Positions 1 to 8,136 of a DNA stretch of 32,000 nt are shown here, one piece after another (positions within the stretch are counted from its first letter, which is position 1; each line of letters opens with the position of its first letter). Source of the DNA: Psychrobacter sp. DM4 (lineage in GTDB: Bacteria > Pseudomonadota > Gammaproteobacteria > Pseudomonadales > Moraxellaceae); assembly GCF_051307035.1 (NCBI RefSeq), contig NZ_CP195536.1, positions 1,470,001 through 1,502,000 of the forward strand. The letters are read 5' to 3'. Position numbers and translations under genes: made by a program. The notes below the pieces were generated by a model. The model saw only the letters and a list, made by a program, of their open reading frames with translations. It searched no databases and was not told the origin of the DNA.

Positions 1-352
1 ACTACTTATATGCATGATATAAAATATAGTGTAGATAAAGTTTATAGGACGATGGCTAAAACATTTAACCAAATACGCTGTTACTATTTAAGATAGCAAA
101 TAACAGATGTCTAAGAGATTTTTTTGAAGACACATAAATATTTGAAATAATTGAAAATTATGTTAGCGCCCTCTAGGTTATTGTTATGTGTAAATATTAC
201 ATGAATATGACACTGACTATATGTTTGTAAGTGGATATTGGTAGTGAGTAGTGCTTTTACAAAAACTGTAAAGTTTTCAATCAATATTCGATTATTTATT
301 CATCTGCTGATATATTGTGCTTTTTAAATCAAACCATAAGTTGGATAACTCT

Positions 353-685
353 ATGTCTACTGATATTTTTGTAATGCAACCGCTTGGACTATTTAAAGCT
401 TTGTCCGATCCAACTCGGTTGAACATTTTTTATATTTTGTATAAAAAAGAAGCGCGCTGCGTAGGTGAATTGGTCGATATGCTAGATCAGCCGCAGCCAA
501 CGATATCGCGTCACTTGAACCATCTCAAAAAAATAGGGCTGCTAAATGCGGTACGAGATGGTACTTGGATGTGGTACGAAGTCGCTAATGATTTGCCCGC
601 ATGGTGTCAAGTTATCTTAGAGTCCACTCATGAGACGATGGTCAAACATGCCGATGGTCAAAAAGCTCCGCTTGTTGACCTTTAG
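353..685 (+). CDS. ArsR/SmtB-family winged-helix transcriptional regulator
   Basis: The tracked ORF 317..685 starts at GTG; I prefer the first ATG at 353, but the start is uncertain. Family signature: LFKALSDPTRLNIFYIL ... CVGELVDMLDQPQPTISRHLNHLKKIGLL ... WMWYEV ... LPAW. This is collinear with E. coli ArsR as I recall it. Confidence 0.8.
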   Translation: MSTDIFVMQPLGLFKALSDPTRLNIFYILYKKEARCVGELVDMLDQPQPTISRHLNHLKKIGLLNAVRDGTWMWYEVANDLPAWCQVILESTHETMVKHADGQKAPLVDL

Positions 686-730
686 TAGTGATCTTTAAGT
701 GATTGTCCCTAATCTAAATATAAAGCTCAA

Positions 731-765
731 AAAAAAGACCTATTGCAATAGGTCTTTTTTTTGTT
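731..765. terminator. Bidirectional rho-independent terminator between the ArsR-like gene and cysA
   Basis: Perfect 20-bp palindrome AGACCTATTG/CAATAGGTCT at 736..755, flanked by an A-run upstream and a T-run downstream. It lies between two convergent genes. Confidence 0.8.
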
Positions 766-819
766 TAACCGTTGAGCTCAATGCTGTGACAGTCGATACT
801 ATATTAAATCCAAAAAGTA

Positions 820-1542
820 CTAGACCAAATCTAAAAAGTCACTAACAAAGGCGTTGCTGGTCTGCTCAATCAAACTCTCAGGCGTCCCTACTTGCTCAAC
901 GCGTCCTCGATTCATAACCACAATCTCATCCGATATAGCGCGCGCCTCTTCTTGATCATGAGTCACCATGATGCTTGTGATACCTAGCTCGTGATGAATG
1001 TTCTTGAGCCACGTGCGTAGCTCCTTACGCACCTTAGCATCGAGCGCGCCAAAGGGCTCATCTAATAGTAGTAACTTAGGCTTGACCGCAAGGGCTCGTG
1101 CCAGCGCAATACGTTGACGCTGCCCCCCTGAGAGCTGATGCGGATACGCATTGGCCAGTTGCGGTAACTGTACCAGCTCTAGTAAGTCAGCCACGCGCTG
1201 CTTGATCTCAGTCTTACTAGGACGCTCATTTTTGGGCAATAACGTCAAACCAAAGGCGATGTTGTCAGCGATGTTTTTATGCCGAAAAAGAGCGTAATGC
1301 TGAAACATAAAACCGATATGACGTTTTTGTACGGGTGTGTTGGTCACGTTAATGCCGTCGAACAATATATGACCTGAGTCAGCATATTCAAGCCCTGCGA
1401 TAATACGTAATAACGTAGTCTTACCGCAGCCTGAGGGGCCAAGCAAAGTTGTGAGCTTACCTGTTGGTACGGTGATATTGATATTATCTAACGCCGTAAA
1501 TTCACCAAAGGTTTTATTAACGTCTCTTATCTCAATACTCAT
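820..1542 (-). CDS. cysA: Sulfate/thiosulfate ABC transporter ATP-binding protein (nucleotide-binding domain only, 240 aa)
   Basis: Walker [11 protein letters not shown]-loop FQHYALF, ABC signature LSGGQRQR, Walker [10 protein letters not shown]-loop VTHD. Last gene of the cysP-T-W-A order. It ends at [11 protein letters not shown]. Confidence 0.9.
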   Translation of the reverse strand: MSIEIRDVNKTFGEFTALDNINITVPTGKLTTLLGPSGCGKTTLLRIIAGLEYADSGHILFDGINVTNTPVQKRHIGFMFQHYALFRHKNIADNIAFGLTLLPKNERPSKTEIKQRVADLLELVQLPQLANAYPHQLSGGQRQRIALARALAVKPKLLLLDEPFGALDAKVRKELRTWLKNIHHELGITSIMVTHDQEEARAISDEIVVMNRGRVEQVGTPESLIEQTSNAFVSDFLDLV

Positions 1543-1656
1543 AGTGATGTCTCTTATCGATGCTAATTTAATTCTATTTTGATGCTAATAAGGTTGGCTC
1601 TTCTTCATGTCAAATGGTCTATCGTACTATCTTTATCTTAGACCTCTTTATCTTAG

Positions 1657-2586
1657 TTATCGACCTGTTTCGTTATCAACGGTAGCATTGGCGCTCACAG
1701 GTAATTTGGGCGCAGCGGCTAAACGCTCAGACTTGGCAAACTTACGTGATTGCATCTTAGTCATAATCTGCTGCACAAGTAAGGTCACTAACGCCAAAGC
1801 AGCAAGAAGACTGGACAAGGCAAAAGCTGCGGTAAAGTTGTATTCGTTATAGGCAATCTCAACCAGTAGCGGCATCGTATTAGTCTCACCGCGAATATGT
1901 CCTGATACGACGCTGACCGCGCCAAACTCGCCCATCGCACGCGCATTGGTTAGGATCAAACCATAGAGCAATGCCCATTTTATATTGGGCAAAGTAATAT
2001 GCCAAAACGTTTGCCAACCGCTGGCGCCAAGGGTCAACGCGGCCTGCTCCTCAGAGTCTCCTTGAGTTTGCATCAAAGGTATCAGCTCACGCGCCACGAA
2101 GGGAAATGTCACAAATAGTGTCGCAAGGACGATACCCGGCACAGCAAAGATTACTTGAAATCCTAGACTCTCAAGCCAGCCGCCAACGGGCGAGTTCAAG
2201 CCAAACAATAAGATAAACATCAAACCTGCAACCACAGGCGATACCGAAAATGGCAAATCGAGTAAAGTGGTGACCAGCTGTTTGCCCTTGAACTGATAAC
2301 GTGTGACCAGCCAAGCAATAGCAATACCCATTACCATATTAATCGGTAAGATGATAGCCGCTGTTAGCAAGGTCAGCTTAATTGCCTGTAGCGCTTCTGG
2401 CTCAACTAAGGAGGCAATATATAACTCCCAACCATTTTTGAGCGCCTCATAAAACACGGCAAGTAGCGGTATGACCAGCATGATGACCATAAATAAGACA
2501 GCAATACCGATAAAGGTACGTCTGATCCATGGCGTGTCTTTGGTCGCAGGATTACTCTGGTAGTCGTAGCTATTGGCTATTTGCAT
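1657..2586 (-). CDS. cysW: Sulfate ABC transporter permease CysW
   Basis: 309-aa polytopic membrane protein with a permease EAA-like loop (ALTLGASGWQTFWHITLP). Its start lies 1 nt after the cysT stop, suggesting translational coupling. Position in the cysPTWA order supports the call. Confidence 0.9.
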   Translation of the reverse strand: MQIANSYDYQSNPATKDTPWIRRTFIGIAVLFMVIMLVIPLLAVFYEALKNGWELYIASLVEPEALQAIKLTLLTAAIILPINMVMGIAIAWLVTRYQFKGKQLVTTLLDLPFSVSPVVAGLMFILLFGLNSPVGGWLESLGFQVIFAVPGIVLATLFVTFPFVARELIPLMQTQGDSEEQAALTLGASGWQTFWHITLPNIKWALLYGLILTNARAMGEFGAVSVVSGHIRGETNTMPLLVEIAYNEYNFTAAFALSSLLAALALVTLLVQQIMTKMQSRKFAKSERLAAAPKLPVSANATVDNETGR

Positions 2587-2587
2587 A

Positions 2588-3472
2588 TTAGCGTGCTCCT
2601 ACGCGGCGGGACAATCGCCACTGGACGATATTGATACTCAATAAAATAACAAAGGAGATCATCAGCATAAATAGTGCCACTGCCGACGCCCCTTGAATAT
2701 CGAACTGCTCTAATTTACTGATAATAATAATCGGTAAAATCTCGGACTGCATTGGGATATTGCCTGCGATAAAGATGACTGAACCATACTCGCCCGTTGC
2801 GCGCGCAAACATCATGCCAGCGCCCATAAATAAGGCTGGCAAAAGCTCAGGCAAAATAACTTTACGAAAAGTAGTCAAACGATTGGCACCAAGTACCGCA
2901 GAGGCCTCTTCAAATTCAACGGATAATTCGGCAAGTACCGGCTGTACGGCGCGGACGATAAAGGGGAAGCTGACGACAACGAGCGCAAGCCAAATACCAA
3001 TAGGGGTAAAGGCGACTTGAATACCAATCTTGTCAAACCACTGCCCTATCAAACCATTGGGCGCATAAAGCGTCGCAAGCGAGATACCAGTCACCGCTGT
3101 TGGTAATGCAAACGGCAAATCAACCAAGGCATTGATCAGTGATTTTCCCCAAAACTCATAACGCACCAGAACCCAAGCGACAAGGGTGCCAAACACCATA
3201 TTGGTTAGCATGGCCAAAAATGACATCCACAAGCTCAGCTTAATTGCAGCGGTCACTTGCGGCTGTGAGATGGTCTCCCAAAAGCCTGCCCAGCCCATCT
3301 GTGTCGTGGTATAAGCCATCATCGCAAACGGCAATACCACCAGTAGGGATAAGCTAAAGACAGTAATACCCATGCTCAGACCAAATCCTGGTAACACGTT
3401 GCGCTGCCGCAAACGCATAAGCCAGCCTCTATTAGGCTCAGACGTACGGGTAGAAGGAGTCTTTGCGCTCAT
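2588..3472 (-). CDS. cysT: Sulfate ABC transporter permease CysT (CysU)
   Basis: 294-aa polytopic membrane protein with an EAA loop (EEASAVLGANRLTTFRKVILP). It is a paralog of the adjacent CysW and sits between the binding-protein gene and cysW. Confidence 0.9.
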   Translation of the reverse strand: MSAKTPSTRTSEPNRGWLMRLRQRNVLPGFGLSMGITVFSLSLLVVLPFAMMAYTTTQMGWAGFWETISQPQVTAAIKLSLWMSFLAMLTNMVFGTLVAWVLVRYEFWGKSLINALVDLPFALPTAVTGISLATLYAPNGLIGQWFDKIGIQVAFTPIGIWLALVVVSFPFIVRAVQPVLAELSVEFEEASAVLGANRLTTFRKVILPELLPALFMGAGMMFARATGEYGSVIFIAGNIPMQSEILPIIIISKLEQFDIQGASAVALFMLMISFVILLSINIVQWRLSRRVGAR

Positions 3473-3565
3473 AATGATGGTCCTATTTATTCTTATTTTA
3501 CTAGTCTTATAGACTTGAACGTATCAAGACAATCAAATGCTTGAATCTGTTAAAGACTACAAATA

Positions 3566-3598
3566 TAAGGGACATAGCAGTGATCGCCATGTCCCTTA
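3566..3598 (-). terminator. Strong stem-loop between cysP and cysT (possible partial terminator or RNA-stabilising hairpin)
   Basis: TAAGGGACAT (3566..3575) pairs perfectly with ATGTCCCTTA (3589..3598) around a 13-nt loop. On the minus strand it lies about 65 nt after the cysP stop and is followed by the moderately U-rich UAUAUUUGUAGUCUUU. Confidence 0.4.
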
Positions 3599-3662
3599 GT
3601 GTTTGATATCGTCTGATAATAGCTGGCGTTTATAGATAGAACAGCTACTTGCACATTGCTAA

Positions 3663-4751
3663 TTACTGCGGTGCATTGATTGCTAGTTGATCAAAGACCC
3701 CGTTATCGCTAAAGAAGGTACTCATAATCTCATCCCACGTACCAAAAGCGTCGTTGGGACGGAAGGTTTCAACAGCTGGTAATTTGTCGCCATTTTTATC
3801 AAGGACGCTTTTTACGCTAGGACGCAGGTATAAATCAGCAGCTAACTGCTGAGCGGGCTCACTCCATAAGTAATCAAGATAAGCTTTGGCCGCTTTCGTC
3901 GTGCCTTTTTTATCAGTGACCGCATTGACGATAGCCACTGGGCTTTCTGACTTAATAGAATATTTTGGATAAACGATATCAACTTGTCCGGCGCCGAACT
4001 GAGTAGCCGCCAAGTTAGCTTCGTTCTCAAAAGTGACTAGCACATCACCTATACCGCGCTGAACAAAGGTCGTCGTCGCCGCACGTCCGCCATTCTCGTA
4101 AACCTTGACGTTTTTGAGCATGTCACGAACGTAACTTTTGGCATTGTCTTCATTATTATCAAAAGCATGCAAGCCATAACCATAAGCGCCTAAGAAGGCA
4201 TAACGACCGTTGCCCGTCACTTTTGGATTAGCCATCACAATCTCAATGCCGTCTTTGGTCAGATCTTCCCAGTCATTGATGTTCTTAGGATTGTCTTTAC
4301 GCACTAAAAAAACAATAGTGCTCGTGAATGGCACCGCATTATCAGGGAACTGCGCTTCCCAATCGTTAGCGACCAAACCCTCTTTTTGTAATAACTCAAT
4401 GTCTGAACCTTGATTCATCGTCGCCACGTCTGCCTGTAAGCCATTAGCAACTGACAGTGCCTGCTTGCTTGAGCCGCCATGAGACTGCTTGATATTAACC
4501 GTCGCATTTGGGTTCTCAGACTTGTAGTGCTCAACGAACATAGGGTTATAATCTTTGTAAAAGTCACGCGCCACATCATAAGAGACATTTAATAGCTCGA
4601 TATTTTCGCTAGGTGTGCCATCGGCGTTCGCGGTTGTCTCAGCAGTGTCATTATTACTACAGCCTGCTAGGCCGAGAGTGACCGCCATACCTGCAATACT
4701 GAGCGCGCTGATGGCTTTATTTTTATAAAAAGGTTCGGCTTGGTAAGTCAT
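3663..4751 (-). CDS. cysP: Sulfate/thiosulfate-binding periplasmic protein, predicted lipoprotein
   Basis: 362 aa. Conserved sulfate-binding-family blocks NVSYDV.RDFY, QSHGGSSKQA, GLQADV, RYAFLGAYGYG. N-terminal signal with lipobox LAG-C. GAGG about 8 nt upstream of the ATG. The choice of cysP versus sbp is by operon position only. Confidence 0.85.
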   Translation of the reverse strand: MTYQAEPFYKNKAISALSIAGMAVTLGLAGCSNNDTAETTANADGTPSENIELLNVSYDVARDFYKDYNPMFVEHYKSENPNATVNIKQSHGGSSKQALSVANGLQADVATMNQGSDIELLQKEGLVANDWEAQFPDNAVPFTSTIVFLVRKDNPKNINDWEDLTKDGIEIVMANPKVTGNGRYAFLGAYGYGLHAFDNNEDNAKSYVRDMLKNVKVYENGGRAATTTFVQRGIGDVLVTFENEANLAATQFGAGQVDIVYPKYSIKSESPVAIVNAVTDKKGTTKAAKAYLDYLWSEPAQQLAADLYLRPSVKSVLDKNGDKLPAVETFRPNDAFGTWDEIMSTFFSDNGVFDQLAINAPQ

Positions 4752-4777
4752 AAATGCCTCAAATAGGGGTTTATTAA

Positions 4778-4799
4778 GTAATGTCAGTATGCTAACAGC
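4778..4799 (-). promoter_or_regulatory. Candidate promoter block upstream of cysP (minus-strand GCTGTTAGCATACTGACATTAC)
   Basis: About 30-50 nt upstream of the cysP ATG. A near-identical block occurs upstream of the paralog at 6320..6342. The CATACT/TAGCAT portion resembles a -10 element. Confidence 0.3.
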
Positions 4800-5086
4800 G
4801 CCAGCTTATTATCTTTAATGATGAATATGCGTATGTTTCTGCCAAAATGGAATAATAGCACCTCTTTGAAAATCAATTAACCTCAAATGCTCACCTTTAA
4901 AACTTTTGACTTATAGTCGATACTAAATAAAATGGATACGTTATTTAATAACGCGAAACGGGTATAAATTTTTGGGCATGCTGTGCCTACGCCGCTCGAT
5001 GCTACAAAAAATTCATCCCAGTCTCGCTATATCTTTTTTATATTGAACGAACTATAAAAACTTAAATTGGCTCAGGGTGGACGACT

Positions 5087-6241
5087 TTATGAGGTGCTCT
5101 TTTGTGCCAACTGATCAAAACGCCCGCCATCAGTAAAGAAGTCATCCATAATCTGTTGCCATGAGCCAAAGACGGCTATCGGCTCAAAAGTCTCAATCTC
5201 AGGTAGCGTATCTCGATAAGCTGCAAGTATCTTTTCATCGCTTGGGCGCAGATACATTTTTGCCATAAGCTCTTGCGCAGGTTTATCCCATAACCCCTTT
5301 AGATAAGTGTTGGCCGCCGCAGTACTACCCTGTTTATCGGTCACTGATTTGACTACAGCAACTGGATTATTGACAGCGATAGAGTAGCTTGGATATACGA
5401 TTTCCACTTTTCCCTGAGCAAATTTGCTAGCAACAATATGTGCCTCGTTCTCTGTAGTAATAAGCACATCCCCTAGCCCGCGCTGGGTAAAGCTGGTGGT
5501 CGCCGCTCGTGCACCATTATCATAAGTCACGACGTTGTCGAGTAATTTACGCATATAGGTATCGGTTTTGGGCGCGCTTTGAGCGTCCTCAACGAACTCA
5601 TGAAGACCGTAACCGTAGGCACCCAAAAACGCGTAGCGCGCTGTGCCACTAGTCTTTGGATTAGGCATGACGACTTCGATGCCCGTACGCGCCAAATCCT
5701 GCCAATCCTTGATATTTTTTGGATTGCCACTGCGCACTAATAGCACCATGGTACTGGTATAGGGCACTGCATTGTTTGGCAAGGCTTGCTGCCAATCAGT
5801 TGCAACTAAACCCTTTTCAACAAGCAAATTCATATCGCTTTGTTGATTTAAAGTTACCACATCCGCTTGTAAGCCGTTGGCAACAGATAGCGCCTGTTTA
5901 CTAGAGCCACCATGTGATTGATCGATCTTAACCTCACTGCTCGGATACTGCGCCTGATAATTGGCTTTAAATAAAGCGTTGTATTCCTTATAAAAATCAC
6001 GTGACACATCATAGGAGACGTTGAGTAATTTGATATCGTGCTGCGCGGCGTCTTTTTCTGCTTGTGTGGCGGGCGCTTGACTACAAGCCATCAGCAATGA
6101 AGTGGCTACTACAGCGCTTGTCATTAGCGCTATACGAGAGCGCTTTAAATTTGATTTACAGTTTTGATAGTTATAGCGGGCAGGTTTAATCGTAGCGTTT
6201 GTATTCATAAAGAGGTATCCAAAGGGGTGAGTCACGCGCAT
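5087..6241 (-). CDS. sbp: Sulfate/thiosulfate-binding periplasmic protein paralog, predicted lipoprotein
   Basis: By eye roughly two-thirds identical to the 3663..4751 product across the mature domain, with the same conserved blocks. Lipobox LMA-C. The start is ambiguous: Met codons at 6241, 6208 and 6124, none with a clear Shine-Dalgarno sequence. Confidence 0.8.
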   Translation of the reverse strand: MRVTHPFGYLFMNTNATIKPARYNYQNCKSNLKRSRIALMTSAVVATSLLMACSQAPATQAEKDAAQHDIKLLNVSYDVSRDFYKEYNALFKANYQAQYPSSEVKIDQSHGGSSKQALSVANGLQADVVTLNQQSDMNLLVEKGLVATDWQQALPNNAVPYTSTMVLLVRSGNPKNIKDWQDLARTGIEVVMPNPKTSGTARYAFLGAYGYGLHEFVEDAQSAPKTDTYMRKLLDNVVTYDNGARAATTSFTQRGLGDVLITTENEAHIVASKFAQGKVEIVYPSYSIAVNNPVAVVKSVTDKQGSTAAANTYLKGLWDKPAQELMAKMYLRPSDEKILAAYRDTLPEIETFEPIAVFGSWQQIMDDFFTDGGRFDQLAQKSTS

Positions 6242-6319
6242 TTATTAAAAGAGTTATGCAGCTTTGATGGACTCAAGGTTGATTGACTCGGGTAAAAGGT
6301 GCTGACAGTGATGCCAGCG

Positions 6320-6342
6320 GTAATGAGCGCTATGCTAGCAGC
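6320..6342 (-). promoter_or_regulatory. Candidate promoter block upstream of the second binding-protein gene (minus-strand GCTGCTAGCATAGCGCTCATTAC)
   Basis: Matches the cysP upstream block with one indel: GCTG-Y-TAGCATA ... CATTAC. Confidence 0.3.
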
Positions 6343-6484
6343 TGATTTTGATAATTCGTAGTGACAAATTCGCTTATCAACTGTTCAAGTTGGCATAAGT
6401 GAATAAATAGGCGTCAGTTAGAGTGCAATCGAAGATTTTAGAATTCTAGGATTCTATATCGCGCGAGGACAACCGTAAACGCAC

Positions 6485-6513
6485 AAAAAAAAGCCAGTGT
6501 GAACTGGCTTTTT
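6485..6513 (-). terminator. Rho-independent terminator of sat
   Basis: AGCCAGT (6492..6498) pairs with ACTGGCT (6503..6509) around a 4-nt loop. The plus-strand A8 run at 6485..6492 gives a U8 tail on the minus strand. It lies about 30 nt after the sat stop. Confidence 0.7.
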
Positions 6514-6539
6514 ACGCTTTAAACGTTGTTGTTCTAGAC

Positions 6540-7799
6540 TTATACCGCAGAGGCACCCGTTAACTTCACTTCAGCACGCTCCTCGATTGCAATACCAGCA
6601 TAGTACTCTCGTAATATCTCTAGTACCTCTGGACGACTAAAGTTCTCAGGCACCTCTTCGTCCTCAGACAAGGCTTTACGTAGCTTAGTTCCTGATACTT
6701 TGACGTGATCGACAGCTTCATGCGGGCAGGTTTTATCAGAGGCCATCGCATTACAAGCCTTACACCAAAAGGTCCAGCCAATTTTAAGCGGTTGCGTAAT
6801 GAGATCGTCTTTTTCAACTTTATCAAAGATAGTCTGGGCATCGAATGCACCGTAGTAATCACCGACGCCTGCGTGATCACGACCAACGATTAAATGGCTA
6901 CAGCCGTAGTTTTGACGGAATACCGCGTGCAATAAGGCTTCACGAGGGCCTGCGTAACGCATATCTAGTGGATAGCCCGCTTGAATCACGGTATCTGATC
7001 TAAAATAATTATCGATCAAAGTTTTGATGGCATCTTGACGCACATCAGCGGGAATATCACCGGGCTTTAGCGCACCTAACAATGAATGAATGAGTACGCC
7101 GTCACAGATCTCGATAGCGATTTTAGCTAGGTACTCATGCGAGCGATGCATCGGATTACGCGTCTGGAATGCAGCGACGGTTCTCCAGCCTTTATTATCT
7201 AAAATCTCGCGCGTCTCTTTCGGGGTTTTATAAATCTCAGGATATAGCGCTGGAAATTCGCCTTCGCTCAGCACGATAACGCTGCCCGCGACGTTGACTT
7301 CACCTTGAGTCAATACTTGCTGTACGCCTGGATGCTCAGGATCGGTCGTGGTAAAGACCTGCTGGCACTCATGATCCTTATCGATATTGTAAGTTTCCTC
7401 AACCGTCAAAATACCCATAACTTCGCCATCATCAGCGATGAGTGCGACTTTATCACCTTGGTTCAAAGTATCGGTGAGCTTTTTTGGTGCGGATAAAGTA
7501 ATCGGTATCGGCCAAAATAGACCTGCGTTATCGCCAGACTTGAGGCGCATCTCATCAACCACGCCTTGCCAGTCCGCTTGATTCATAAAACCGTTAAGCG
7601 GCGTGAAGCCGCCGATCCCTAGCATAATTAAATCACCGCGCTCACGCGAGCTTACCGTAATCGCTGGCAAAGTGCTGGCAAGTTTAAGCGCATCCTCACG
7701 CTCTCGCCCCTCTATTAGTAAAGGTTTAAGGGTATTGCTACCATGTGGCGGCACAAGTTTCGATTGAGCATCTGACTGAGCAGGAATAGAGGTTGTCAT
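6540..7799 (-). CDS. sat: Sulfate adenylyltransferase (homomeric ATP sulfurylase, Sat type)
   Basis: 419 aa. ATP-sulfurylase motifs [13 protein letters not shown] and VGRDHAGVG. No C-terminal APS-kinase-like extension is present. Confidence 0.9.
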   Translation of the reverse strand: MTTSIPAQSDAQSKLVPPHGSNTLKPLLIEGREREDALKLASTLPAITVSSRERGDLIMLGIGGFTPLNGFMNQADWQGVVDEMRLKSGDNAGLFWPIPITLSAPKKLTDTLNQGDKVALIADDGEVMGILTVEETYNIDKDHECQQVFTTTDPEHPGVQQVLTQGEVNVAGSVIVLSEGEFPALYPEIYKTPKETREILDNKGWRTVAAFQTRNPMHRSHEYLAKIAIEICDGVLIHSLLGALKPGDIPADVRQDAIKTLIDNYFRSDTVIQAGYPLDMRYAGPREALLHAVFRQNYGCSHLIVGRDHAGVGDYYGAFDAQTIFDKVEKDDLITQPLKIGWTFWCKACNAMASDKTCPHEAVDHVKVSGTKLRKALSEDEEVPENFSRPEVLEILREYYAGIAIEERAEVKLTGASAV

Positions 7800-8136
7800 A
7801 ACGGAAGCCTTAAATAGTAGGAATAAAGGAATGATGCATAGGCTACCTAACTTTGGTTATGAAAATTTATGCTGACTTTGGATATGGATATGACTTAAAG
7901 GAATTTATGTTTTACGGCGTAAACTTATATGATGTGACCCTATATTGCTTTACGTCTGTTTTTGCCTCAATAACACTTCGTATTAATGACATTTTGCCTT
8001 GATAACATTTATAGCAATGATTGGGCATCAAAAATTTAGCACTAAGGCTCTATTAGTACTACTATAGTATTAATAACTTGTAGAGCCGCTTGCCTCATAG
8101 GCTCTGCACAAGATTAAAATAAACTGAGAGTACGTT

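Noticed and set aside
1-316. The AT-rich left-edge region, considered as a mobile-element end or sRNA. It includes the 15-codon ORF starting at 52.
   Set aside because: I saw no inverted terminal repeats, integrase or tRNA flank, or terminator-bounded structure. It is most simply the promoter region of the ArsR-like gene plus unknown upstream context cut by the window edge.
1607-1852. Shadow ORFs from the track that overlap well-supported genes. Examples: 1607..1852, 2760..3020, 3842..4030, 4210..4413, 5527..5904, 6620..6893, 7305..7496, 8477..8789, 9841..10131, 11761..12011, 12781..13026, 13891..14136, 14836..15117, 16557..16748, 18123..18338, the internal gdhB set 19259..23472, 24213..24694, 25657..25875, 25960..26163, 26720..27021, 27692..27913, 28566..28854 and 30803..31003.
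   Set aside because: Each is nested in or antisense to a longer ORF with clear family motifs. None shows recognisable motifs of its own.
4818-4880. Met-rich mini-ORF MMNMRMFLPKWNNSTSLKIN between the two sulfate-binding genes, considered as a possible sulfur-sensing leader peptide.
   Set aside because: It lies on the plus strand, antisense to the direction of the sulfur genes. It has no Shine-Dalgarno sequence, and AT-rich sequence yields such ORFs by chance.
7907-8002. 31-codon ORF (MFYGVNLYDVTLYCFTSVFASITLRINDILP) with an AAAGGA 4 nt upstream, in the sat-cysI intergenic region. Also the 14-codon ORF at 7831.
   Set aside because: They are too short and lack supporting features. They overlap the expected divergent promoter region, and I cannot assess conservation here.
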